From the NCBI GenBank assembly GCA_965232845.1, contig OZ247428.1, positions 2,333,543-2,397,542 of the forward strand: 64,000 nt of DNA, given 5' to 3'. Of this stretch, positions 9,332 to 17,960 are shown one piece after another. The notes beneath the pieces are model-generated. The model had not been told where the DNA came from. It saw only the letters and a list, made by a program, of their open reading frames with translations, and made no database searches. This DNA is from Dehalococcoidia bacterium. Its GTDB lineage: Bacteria > Chloroflexota > Dehalococcoidia > Lucifugimonadales > UBA3495. Each line of letters starts with the position of its first letter. The stretch's first letter is position 1. The position numbers and the translations under genes are program-made.

Positions 9332-10234
9332 CTACATCCCTTCCCACCCCAGCCACTCCCCCACCAACGCAAACAGCCGCTCCACGTCCACCACATCCGA
9401 TACAGCGACTGGGCCATCAGTCTCGACTACGCTGCAGGCGCCCGCTTCCGGCCCTTCTGTCTCGACGTGCAGCGTCACTTGTCGGGTGGTCATGACCTCG
9501 GGGAAGAAGGCGGCGGCCATGGCTATCTGGTCGTAGAACAGCATGCTTTCCCGATTCTCGTCGGCTTTGAACCAGTTCTGTATGATGTCCAGCGCCAGCT
9601 TTCCAAACCGGTTAGTCGCTTTGAGGTTGAATGCCCTGTCGCGGCTGAGGGCCACCTGCCGGCAGGCAGCCAGGTCCACCAATGTCAGGGGGACTCCGGT
9701 AGCCAGTACCTCCTGGGCCGCCAAGGGGTCGCAGTAGAAGTTGAACTCGGCGTGGGGGGTTATGTTACCCGGCGAGTCCACCGCGCCGCCCATTACCACG
9801 AGCGACCCTGCCAAGGACAGGCTGCCGGGATGCCGCCGTTCCAGGCGGGCCAGATTGGTAAGGGGGCCAATAGCCACCAGCGTTACTTGCCCCGGGTGGT
9901 TGGTGAGTTGCTCAGCGAGGAAGTCCACGGCCCTTTGTGGCGCGGGTTGGGACGTTGGTTCCGGCAGGCGTCGGGTGATGCCGCTAGTACTGTGGAAGTG
10001 CTGGGCGCTGGCGAATCTGCCAACCAGGGGACGGTTGCTGCCCCGAAACACCGGCACATCCGACCGCCCGACGAAGTCCAGCAAGGCGAGGGCGTTGCGG
10101 ATGCCCCGGGCGTGGGGCACGTTGCCGCCCACCACCGTCAGCCCCGCCACTTCCACCGACGAAGCTGACAAGGCCATCAGGATAGCAATGGCGTCGTCCA
10201 CGCCGGGGTCGGTGTCGATAATAATTCGGGGCAT
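9332..10234 (-). CDS. nucleoside hydrolase (inosine/uridine-preferring family)
   Basis: N-terminal IIIDTDPGVDDAIAILMAL (DxDxxxDD) fingerprint; 300 aa. Confidence 0.9.
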   Translation of the reverse strand: MPRIIIDTDPGVDDAIAILMALSASSVEVAGLTVVGGNVPHARGIRNALALLDFVGRSDVPVFRGSNRPLVGRFASAQHFHSTSGITRRLPEPTSQPAPQRAVDFLAEQLTNHPGQVTLVAIGPLTNLARLERRHPGSLSLAGSLVVMGGAVDSPGNITPHAEFNFYCDPLAAQEVLATGVPLTLVDLAACRQVALSRDRAFNLKATNRFGKLALDIIQNWFKADENRESMLFYDQIAMAAAFFPEVMTTRQVTLHVETEGPEAGACSVVETDGPVAVSDVVDVERLFALVGEWLGWEGM

Positions 10235-10305
10235 GTTGGCGAATTACGAATCAGGAATTACGAATCGAAATCTCAGAAAGCGTCCATTCCTGATTCGCAA
10301 TCATC

Positions 10306-11313
10306 TTAAACCTCTGTCAGGTTGACCGGCACCTCTTCCAGGTCGAAGTTGTACTCCCAGAGTTCGTCCAGCAGGGCCTGCTCACTGTCGGTGATGTCCG
10401 GCACGTCGACCGCGTCAGTGTAATGCTGCAGCTCTTCCAGGTTGGTGAAGTTGGGCAGCACCGACACTATGGCTGGCTGGTACAGGGCGAACTTGATGGC
10501 GGCCTGAGCCAGGGTGCGGCCCGTCTCTTCGCCGGCCAGGAACTTCACCTGCTCCACCTTTTGCAGGGCCTCCCGCAGCCACTCCATGCGCCGGTGGGAA
10601 CGGTGGTCGCTTTCATCGAAGGTCGGTACCTCGGTATAGCGGCCAGTCAGGGCCTCGGAAGCGTGGGGCACCCGGGAAAGCAACCCTACCTCGCAGTCCT
10701 TGGCAACGGGGAAGAAGTCCTTGGCGGGGTCCTGCTCCAGGATGCTGTAGATGATCTGCAGGCTGTGGACATCCCGCTCCTTCATGGAGGCCTCGCCCTC
10801 TTCGTACCAGCCGATATCAGGCCCCAGGGCAACGCCGTAGTACCGGATCTTGCCCTCGGTCTTCAACTCCTCCAGGGTCTCGAAGAGTTCATCTTTCTCC
10901 AGGGCATCAATACGCGGGTTGTGTATCTGGTAGATGTCGATGTAGTCGGAATTGAGGCGGCGCAGGCTTTGTTCGCAGGCGAAGCGGACAAATTCCGGGT
11001 CGAACTTCTGGGGACGCTCCTGATGTCCGACGCGCGGGGTCAGCTTGTCGTAGAAGTCGTAGCCGAACTTGGTGGCGATGACCAGGTCATGGCGACGGTG
11101 GCCCAGCACCTTGGCCAGGATCTCCTCGCCGTAGCCCTCGCCATAGGTGTCGGCAGTGTCGAAGAAGTTGACGCCCAGCTCAACGGCGTTTTCCAGCAGC
11201 GCGGCACGCTGCTCCTCGGGGATTTTGCCCCACCAGGTAGTAGCCACGGTCCAGACGCCGAAGCCAACCTCGGAAAGCTCAAGTTCGGTACGGGGAAGGG
11301 TGCGGTATTTCAT
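10306..11313 (-). CDS. aldo/keto reductase
   Basis: MKYRTLPRTELELSEVGFGVW..DTADTYGEGYGEEILAK..; AKR fold length. I chose the ATG at 11313 (AAGGA upstream); the ORF is open to 11343. Confidence 0.9.
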   Translation of the reverse strand: MKYRTLPRTELELSEVGFGVWTVATTWWGKIPEEQRAALLENAVELGVNFFDTADTYGEGYGEEILAKVLGHRRHDLVIATKFGYDFYDKLTPRVGHQERPQKFDPEFVRFACEQSLRRLNSDYIDIYQIHNPRIDALEKDELFETLEELKTEGKIRYYGVALGPDIGWYEEGEASMKERDVHSLQIIYSILEQDPAKDFFPVAKDCEVGLLSRVPHASEALTGRYTEVPTFDESDHRSHRRMEWLREALQKVEQVKFLAGEETGRTLAQAAIKFALYQPAIVSVLPNFTNLEELQHYTDAVDVPDITDSEQALLDELWEYNFDLEEVPVNLTEV

Positions 11314-11329
11314 GGTTGTTGTTCCTTTG

Positions 11330-12487
11330 TTAGTTGTCTTCAAATAGAGTGAAAAAGCCTTTCTCGATTAGCATTTTAATAGCAGTTTGGCGTCTGCTGG
11401 ATTTACCACCATTCCTGATGCCAATAGGTTTGCCATTGGAGTCATTAGCAAGCACTTTGACATGGTCTATATCGAAAAACTCCACTCTCAAACCCCGTCC
11501 ATCGGCAAACTTCCATTCGGCATTGATTAATCCATCTGATGTAGGTTCGATGGCTAGAATACCGTCGTATTGTATTGACCCCAAGACCAGCAGAAGACCT
11601 TTTGCGCTATTCAGGAATTCGGGGGAATCCTTGCACTCAGTGTTAGAAATTTGGGTTGCCAGCGCGGGCCAGCCCCAATTCCTAAGAGTATCGCATACTC
11701 CCAAATGCCCGGAAATGCGATTTACGTATCGTTTGCTTGCAGGCTTCTCAATAAAAGGCGTAACGGCAGAGCTCAGCGACACCAATTTAGGCCAATCTAT
11801 CACTCCATTTATGCAATATCTTCGTACGAATTCTTCAACAAAGAGATTCAGAACTGGACCATATTCTTCCCTGAATGCATCGTTTCGTTGCTTGGCATTG
11901 TGAGCTAAAGGTTCAATTATACGGGTGTATAAGCCTCTGTCACCGGATATCAACTCCCAAAACTCTTGCCCACAAATCTTGAAATAGCTTCCCTTATTGG
12001 GCTTGGAATCTCTTCCGTAACAGCACCCGTTCACTGCAATCACGTTCTGTGACATATTACCTTGCCGCAATACGCGAGTAGCCTCAGTGAAATTATCCTT
12101 CATCTTATTTATCTGAGAGCTATTGCCCCAATGCGGACCTGACTTGATTGATATGATGTAACGCGTTTTCTCCTGATCAAATTCCAAGTCAATTCCGGTT
12201 GTGGTCGATTTCCGACCTCCAATAGTCTTAGACGCGATGAACACTGCCAAACCTTCTAAGAACACGCCAAATAGCTCTTCCTCCTGCGAGCTAAGGTAAG
12301 CATCTAGCATCAAACCTATCAAGTCGGAGGCCGTGACAATGTTTTTACTCTTAAACAGGTAAGGATTCTTGCGACCAAGCAATTCGTCCAGTCTGAGAGA
12401 ATTGAGCTTCGCTAATCTGCTCTGGTGGAAGGAATCGATATTGGTTGCAACGTACTGAAGGATTTCTTCGGCGGTGACGGAGCTCAT
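11330..12487 (-). CDS. type II restriction endonuclease (Eco47II/PmeII-like N-terminal ~240 aa) with extra ~140-aa C-terminal region
   Basis: The start ATG overlaps the methyltransferase stop (ATGA). Signature ..KNPYLFKSKN..LSSQEEELFG.FLE..GIDLEF..ISIKSGPHWGNSSQ.. is recalled from this REase group; the exact family is not verifiable here. Low G+C. Confidence 0.7.
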   Translation of the reverse strand: MSSVTAEEILQYVATNIDSFHQSRLAKLNSLRLDELLGRKNPYLFKSKNIVTASDLIGLMLDAYLSSQEEELFGVFLEGLAVFIASKTIGGRKSTTTGIDLEFDQEKTRYIISIKSGPHWGNSSQINKMKDNFTEATRVLRQGNMSQNVIAVNGCCYGRDSKPNKGSYFKICGQEFWELISGDRGLYTRIIEPLAHNAKQRNDAFREEYGPVLNLFVEEFVRRYCINGVIDWPKLVSLSSAVTPFIEKPASKRYVNRISGHLGVCDTLRNWGWPALATQISNTECKDSPEFLNSAKGLLLVLGSIQYDGILAIEPTSDGLINAEWKFADGRGLRVEFFDIDHVKVLANDSNGKPIGIRNGGKSSRRQTAIKMLIEKGFFTLFEDN

Positions 12488-13353
12488 ATCGCTAGCCTCA
12501 AATCCTTATCCAATTCCTCGCTAAGGGCATCAAAATAGGGCTCGTATATTTCGATGCCGACAACATTTCTGCCCTTATCTAGGGCAGCAAAGGCAGTAGT
12601 ACCAGAACCCATGAAGGGATCAAGAACCAAGTCCCCGGGGTCAGTGAACAGGTCTATGAACCATTCGGGCAGCCAATAGGGAAAGGCGGCACTGTGGTTT
12701 CGATTGCCACACTCCGTAGCTCGATGTAGTACGTTAGTAGGATATACCTTATCCCGACCTAACCAATGGGAAACGTTCTTTCCGAAACCGCTTCCGACTT
12801 TCGACTCATCACGTGTGAGATCAGTTTGGCTTAAGTTACGCATCCGGTTATCGTACCAATCGCCTACAGGAACCATAACAGATTCTTGGTTCATCTTGAA
12901 TTTTCGCTGCTTATTGAACTGCAGTAATCGCTCCCAAGAATCCCTAAACCTATTAGGCCATTTGCCTGGGTAACAATTTTTCTTGTGCCAAACGAATTCT
13001 TCAGTCCAGAACCAGCCACGTTTACGCATTTCAAGAATGAGCTCAATTACGTAGGTATGCCGCTCACCGTTGACCGCCCGTTCCTTGATATTCAGGATAA
13101 ACGTTCCAGAAGGTTTCAGTACTCTGTGAAGCTCGTCAGCGATGGGCAGAAACCAATCCACATAGTCGTCGGGTCTGATCCCTCCGTATGTCTTTGCTCG
13201 TTGGTCCGCGTAAGGCGGTGAAGTTACTATTAAGTCGACTGAGTCGGAATCAACTTTCGCCAGTTCGGTCTTGCAATCGCCTAGGAATAAAGTCGGTGTC
13301 GGCATCGCAGGCAAGTCCCCCGTCGTTTGGATGGGTATATCTTTACTTGACAC
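12484..13353 (-). CDS. DNA methyltransferase, beta-class N4-cytosine/N6-adenine (N-4/N-6 methylase domain)
   Basis: Catalytic motif IV VTSPPYADQ lies near the N-terminus and SAM motif I DPFMGSGTTAFAA near the C-terminus (beta order). GTG start behind GGTGGTG. Low G+C. Confidence 0.9.
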   Translation of the reverse strand: MSSKDIPIQTTGDLPAMPTPTLFLGDCKTELAKVDSDSVDLIVTSPPYADQRAKTYGGIRPDDYVDWFLPIADELHRVLKPSGTFILNIKERAVNGERHTYVIELILEMRKRGWFWTEEFVWHKKNCYPGKWPNRFRDSWERLLQFNKQRKFKMNQESVMVPVGDWYDNRMRNLSQTDLTRDESKVGSGFGKNVSHWLGRDKVYPTNVLHRATECGNRNHSAAFPYWLPEWFIDLFTDPGDLVLDPFMGSGTTAFAALDKGRNVVGIEIYEPYFDALSEELDKDLRLAI

Positions 13354-13561
13354 GAAGCACCACCGTCAATAACCAACTGTCAGTCACTAGGTATGCCGAC
13401 AGCCCCATTATAAGCCGCAGTACCCCAGGTTGCTACCAGCCTCGGTGAGGGTAAGCCGCGCCGAACCACCAGACCCAAAAAGGCCCGGATATTTCCGTCA
13501 CCAAACGCTAACGTCCGGGCCTTTGCGGGTCCATTGAAATGTGATGAGACAGGCTAACCCC

Positions 13562-13786
13562 CAGGGCAATCGCGTCTTGTGAGAATTAGGATAGAGAGTA
13601 TTCACAAGGCCAATGAAACCGTGCGAAAAGCAATTTGTTGCTTGGCCCAACCTCGTTTTGGAGACTTCGATTGCTGGATTGGGCTGGGTTCTGGGGTGTC
13701 AGGCGCTGCAAGAAGGCTGATCCAGTCATTCGAACCGCTATAGTTCAGGTTATCGGAGGGTTCGGAATTAAGACGCGATTGCCCTG
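13562..13786. mobile_element. MITE-like element copy 1 (225 bp)
   Basis: Terminal inverted repeats cagggcaatcgcgtctt (13562-) and aagacgcgattgccctg (-13786). Flanked by a perfect 10-bp direct repeat ggctaacccc (13552-13561 and 13787-13796). No ORF inside. Confidence 0.7.
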
Positions 13787-13796
13787 GGCTAACCCC

Positions 13797-14147
13797 CTAC
13801 CTCCGCACCTTGCCTGAAAGGCTGATTACCAGGCCAATCAGCGGTATTACCGAGAACAGCAGCGGCAGCCACCAGTCGCCTTTGCTTACCCCTGAGTAGA
13901 TCAGGTACGCCAGTACCCCGTCGGCGATGATGTTCAGGGCCAGCAGGAACTGCACGACCTTGATGCCCCCTGGCTTCAGCCCCGGCACTACCGCCAGGAC
14001 CAGCAAGCCTATGGCCGCCAGCGGGTGAATGCCCATCAAAACGGCCCGCTCCCATATTTCGCCGCCATCGGCAAAACCGCCCACGGCGCCCGCGAAGCCG
14101 GCGAAAATGAACTGGGCAACGGCCAGTATTATCAGGAAAATGCGCAT
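13797..14147 (-). CDS. small integral membrane protein (4 predicted TM helices)
   Basis: 116 aa, hydrophobic throughout (MRIFLIILAVAQFIFAGFAG..). No family recognised. Confidence 0.55.
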   Translation of the reverse strand: MRIFLIILAVAQFIFAGFAGAVGGFADGGEIWERAVLMGIHPLAAIGLLVLAVVPGLKPGGIKVVQFLLALNIIADGVLAYLIYSGVSKGDWWLPLLFSVIPLIGLVISLSGKVRR

Positions 14148-14314
14148 CAGCAGGTACCTCTGGGTTAGTAACTAGCCTGGACAGGCAGCCAAAGTTTGGC
14201 ACTTTGGGATCAGCAGCCCAAGACAGGCAACTCCTGTCCTCAGATGGAGAGGTGGCGGCCAGCGACGAACGCCTGGCCGCCAAGGAACGTCATGCGGCGG
14301 GATCGACTCCGGCC

Positions 14315-14528
14315 CGGCTGCGGCCGGCAATATAATCATAGGCTGCCGTTCCGCCGATGACAGCGCCGGTAATACCCAGGGTGAAGGGCAGGGTCATCAT
14401 GAAGGTAAGCATCACCGCCTCCGGCTGCGGCCGGCAATATAATCATAGGCTGCCGTTCCGCCGATGACAGCGCCGGTAATACCCAGGGTGAAGGGCAGGG
14501 TCATCATGAAGGTAAGCATCACCGCCTC
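14315..14528. repeat. perfect 107-bp x2 tandem duplication
   Basis: 14315-14421 and 14422-14528 read identical by eye. Microhomology cggctgc is present at both junctions and again at 14529. Confidence 0.9.
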
Positions 14529-14645
14529 CGGCTGCACACTGCCCAGGGCCAGGTTCGTGACCCGCACAATAATCACGAAAGCCAGCAGAAACAGCCAGGC
14601 GATGCCCGCATACTTGGATACGCGTTTGGTGTTCCGAAAAGTCAT
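14412..14645 (-). CDS. small membrane protein (77 aa), C-terminus altered by the 107-bp duplication
   Basis: Strong RBS GGAGGTGGG before the ATG; two TM helices. The stop TGA is created exactly at the duplication junction. Confidence 0.6.
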   Translation of the reverse strand: MTFRNTKRVSKYAGIAWLFLLAFVIIVRVTNLALGSVQPEAVMLTFMMTLPFTLGITGAVIGGTAAYDYIAGRSRRR

Positions 14646-14705
14646 GCTCCCACCTCCCGTACTCTAGCGAGTCAGTCATGGGAGAACGGAACGCTTCCAG
14701 GTTGC

Positions 14706-15296
14706 CTAGCCGGCGGCTACAGCCAACCCCAGGCTGCCCTTGATGGCATCCACCTGTCGCATGAACTCGGCGTCATCAAGTACCGGCTCCAGTTGGCCCA
14801 GGTCTATGCGGGGCATTATCTCCACCCAGGATGTGCAGCCGCCGTACTCCTTGATGTAGGGTACGGTTATCGGCTGTTCCATGCGATAGACCCGCAACAG
14901 CATGATGGACAGCGGCAGCATGGGCTTCCAGCGCAGGCGGGACTGGGCGTATTCGTCGGTCCAGATGTGGTAAGGCGACAGGCCGTCCACCTTTTCCTGC
15001 GCTTCCACCTCGATGATTTCTTCCGCCTTGGCCCAGTGGCTGAAGGCGATGGACTCCGACCTGGGAGTTTCCTCCAACAGCTTCTCCAGCTCGGGCTGAT
15101 GGTCCGGCTTGAGCAGGTCCTCCCGCTGGTGCTCGTAGGTGGGATACAGCAGGAACTCGGGGTGTATGACCCGAAAGTCCTTGCCCTCCTCGTGAATGCC
15201 ACCCTTGCGCAGGAGTAAAATCTGTTGCCCCTGAGCCAGGGCCCCGACGGTTATGGCCCACTCCTTCAGCGCTATTTGGCAGCGGTCTGGCAACAT
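14706..15296 (-). CDS. DUF1802-like protein
   Basis: N-terminal ..ALKEWAITVGALAQGQQILLLRKGGIHE...F.L.PTYEHQ matches my recollection of DUF1802; not verified. Confidence 0.55.
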   Translation of the reverse strand: MLPDRCQIALKEWAITVGALAQGQQILLLRKGGIHEEGKDFRVIHPEFLLYPTYEHQREDLLKPDHQPELEKLLEETPRSESIAFSHWAKAEEIIEVEAQEKVDGLSPYHIWTDEYAQSRLRWKPMLPLSIMLLRVYRMEQPITVPYIKEYGGCTSWVEIMPRIDLGQLEPVLDDAEFMRQVDAIKGSLGLAVAAG

Positions 15297-15501
15297 GGCG
15301 TTCTCTCCTCGGAGTATTATATCAAAGGTTCCATTGATAAATCTTGCTAATGCACGGGGATTTCAAGGATTTCTGCTCGAGCGCCAACCCTGGTGCGGTT
15401 TCCAGGGTAACTGCCAGCTTTCCAGCGCCCTATGATGTGTAACGTGCCACCCATCGCACGCATTTGCCGGGTCACCTCTTTGGCTTCCCTGGCAAGTATC
15501 C

Positions 15502-15903
15502 TCATTCTATCCAGATGAAGGGATTCCAGGCAATCTCCCAGAGGTAGCCGTCGGGGTCGGAGAAGTAGCCGGAATAACCTCCCCAGAAGGTATCCTGGGC
15601 CGGCTTGACCAGAGTAGCGCCGGCGGCCACGGCGACATCCAAAAGTTCGTCTACCTCTTCCCTGGTACGGAGGTTGTGGGCCAGGGTTACGCCTGAAAAC
15701 CCGCTGCCCTCGGTGGGGATGCCGACATCCTCCGCCAGGGCTTCCCTTGGATAGAGGGCCAGCCAGGTACCCTTGTTCTGGAAGAATGCGATGGATTCGG
15801 TGTTCTCGTCATGGAGGGTGAGGCCTAGCCCGTCCCGGTAAAACTGGACGGAGCGGGGCAGGTCGGATACGCCAAGAGTAATGATACTAATGCGAGGTTC
15901 CAT
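15502..15903 (-). CDS. VOC-family (glyoxalase/bleomycin-resistance fold) protein
   Basis: ISIITLGVSDLPRSVQFYRDGLGL... and C-terminal ..GYFSDPDGYLWEIAWNP. Confidence 0.85.
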   Translation of the reverse strand: MEPRISIITLGVSDLPRSVQFYRDGLGLTLHDENTESIAFFQNKGTWLALYPREALAEDVGIPTEGSGFSGVTLAHNLRTREEVDELLDVAVAAGATLVKPAQDTFWGGYSGYFSDPDGYLWEIAWNPFIWIE

Positions 15904-16022
15904 AAAATCTCTAGTCTCACAGCGATGGTCAGGAATGGAATCGAGCCGCCCTCAAAATTTTGCCAGGCAGCGGCCCAGCCTGGCAGCCCAGTCCGGCCCC
16001 GCCATCATTCCAGGGAAGGCAA

Positions 16023-17000
16023 TTAAGTTGGTATGGTGGGACGTTCGGCCAGCAGGTACTCCAGGAAGGCCTGTTTGCTGGGAGAGAGTTGCCGCTCCTT
16101 GGGGTAAATCAGGGTCAGCGGCCGGTGGCAGTCCCAGTCCGCCACCGGCAGGACCACCAGCATTCCGGCGCGAGTTTCGGCAGTTATGCCCATGCGGGAG
16201 ATAACCGCAATTCCGCCTCCCGCCATGGCGGCCTGCTTCAGGGCCTCGTTGCTGCCCAGGCTGAGGGCCGCCACCGGCGTCAGGCCCAATGCACCAAAAG
16301 TCTCCTCAGCCGTGTTCCGGGTGGCAGACCCTGGCTCGCGCAGGATGAGGCCGGTCTCCGCCACCTGGGCTGCCGTCACTTTCTCTTGCTGCGCCAGGGG
16401 ATGGGTCGGCGCAGCCACCAGGACGATTTCGTCGTCCATATAGTCGATAATCCCCAGTTCATCCTGTCCCGCCGTCGGGTGGCGACCCACCATGCCCAGG
16501 TCCAGTTCCTGGTTCAGGATACGCTGGGTAATGGCGAAGGTATTGGATATTGACAATTCCACGCTGATGCCCGGATATAGCTGGCGGAATCGCCCGACCG
16601 CTTGAGGCAGCACGTACTCGCCGGGGGTCGTGCTGGCCCCCAGGGCCAGGCGTCCCGTCTGTAAGTTGTGTATCTCTTCCAGTGTTTCCAGAAGCTTTCC
16701 TGAAAGCGAGAAAATCTGCTGCGCGTAGGCAAACACCGTTTCTCCCACCTCGGTAATTCGAAGGCCCCTGGTACGCCGGTGAAACAGGGCTGCACCCAGG
16801 AATTTTTCCAGTTCCTGCACCTGGATTGATACTGCCGGTTGAGTGATGCTGAGAGATTCGGCTGCCCGGGAGAAACTGCGGTGGGAAGCCACGGCATAAA
16901 AAATGTACAGCTGGTGGAAATTCAGTGTTCCCCCCGGGTTTCCGCCTCCAGAGGAGAACTTCAACTGGGGAAAAGAACTGACGGCTGGCACGTTAACCAT
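16023..17000 (-). CDS. LysR-family transcriptional regulator
   Basis: HTH LNFHQLYIFYAVASHRSFSRAAESLSITQPAVSIQVQELEKFLG followed by a LysR substrate-binding domain. Confidence 0.9.
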   Translation of the reverse strand: MVNVPAVSSFPQLKFSSGGGNPGGTLNFHQLYIFYAVASHRSFSRAAESLSITQPAVSIQVQELEKFLGAALFHRRTRGLRITEVGETVFAYAQQIFSLSGKLLETLEEIHNLQTGRLALGASTTPGEYVLPQAVGRFRQLYPGISVELSISNTFAITQRILNQELDLGMVGRHPTAGQDELGIIDYMDDEIVLVAAPTHPLAQQEKVTAAQVAETGLILREPGSATRNTAEETFGALGLTPVAALSLGSNEALKQAAMAGGGIAVISRMGITAETRAGMLVVLPVADWDCHRPLTLIYPKERQLSPSKQAFLEYLLAERPTIPT

Positions 17001-17931
17001 TTTGCCTCCCGCTCTCAGCGTGGTTTATGGGATTGCCTGACATGAAGTCGGCAATAAGATGGGATACGCTGTCGGGTGCTTCCTCCGCCAGGAAATGACC
17101 GTATTGAGCGAAGGTACGACATTGGTGGTTGGTCAGTTCGGATTGCCAGACGCCCAACTCTTTCGGACGGAAGGCAATATCTTTCTGACCCCAAAGCACT
17201 AAAGAGGGTTTGTTTACGAACGCTTCCCGCTCGCTCCAAATGGAGTCCAGCCAATCTGAGGCGCCAATTATATGTCCAGGAAAGCCGGCACAGGCATACC
17301 GGGAATCCCAGTCCGGCAAGGCCCGCCGGTAGTGGCGCATGACTTCCGGACTCAGGATTTTTCGATCACCCACCGCCCGTGGCATTACCTGGTTAACGAA
17401 AAAGTTAAACCGGCGAATCATGAATCGCCCGATACCGCTGGACATCATCCGGCTGAACATTACGAAGTGCCGGTCGTTATTTACGGGCCAGCACCAGGTG
17501 TTGGCTATTATTATGCGGCGCACCCGTTCGGGATAACGCCGGGCAAATGCGAGGCCTATGGGACCGCCCCAATCGGTCAGATACAGGGTTACATCTTCAA
17601 GCCGCAGGTGGTCAAGCAGGGCGGCGAAGTTCTCCGCATGGGCCTGGGGGTGATGACTATCCGGCCCCTGGCAACGATCGGAAAGGCCAAAGCCGATGTG
17701 GTCGGGAGCGACGCACCTGTACTGGCCCCGCAGCCTCCTGACCGGTCCCCGAAACTCGAAAGACCATGAGGGGTTGCCGTGTACGAATACGATTGGTTCC
17801 CCTTGTCCTTCGTCAATGTAGTGCATGTGGCCACGCTGCGAGCCGAAAAAGCGACTTTCAAAGGGAAACAGTTCGTCCGACACCCAGTCCTGACGGATTC
17901 CAAACATGAGCTTGCCGGTCATGCTTGCCAC
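16993..17931 (-). CDS. alpha/beta hydrolase, haloalkane-dehalogenase-like
   Basis: ..HYIDEGQGEPIVFVHGNPSWSFEFR...APDHIGFGLSD.. with a downstream catalytic layout. Its 3' end overlaps the lysR start by 8 nt. Confidence 0.8.
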   Translation of the reverse strand: MASMTGKLMFGIRQDWVSDELFPFESRFFGSQRGHMHYIDEGQGEPIVFVHGNPSWSFEFRGPVRRLRGQYRCVAPDHIGFGLSDRCQGPDSHHPQAHAENFAALLDHLRLEDVTLYLTDWGGPIGLAFARRYPERVRRIIIANTWCWPVNNDRHFVMFSRMMSSGIGRFMIRRFNFFVNQVMPRAVGDRKILSPEVMRHYRRALPDWDSRYACAGFPGHIIGASDWLDSIWSEREAFVNKPSLVLWGQKDIAFRPKELGVWQSELTNHQCRTFAQYGHFLAEEAPDSVSHLIADFMSGNPINHAESGRQNG

Positions 17932-17960
17932 CCCAATCCGCCCGGCCCATTTCTACTCAT

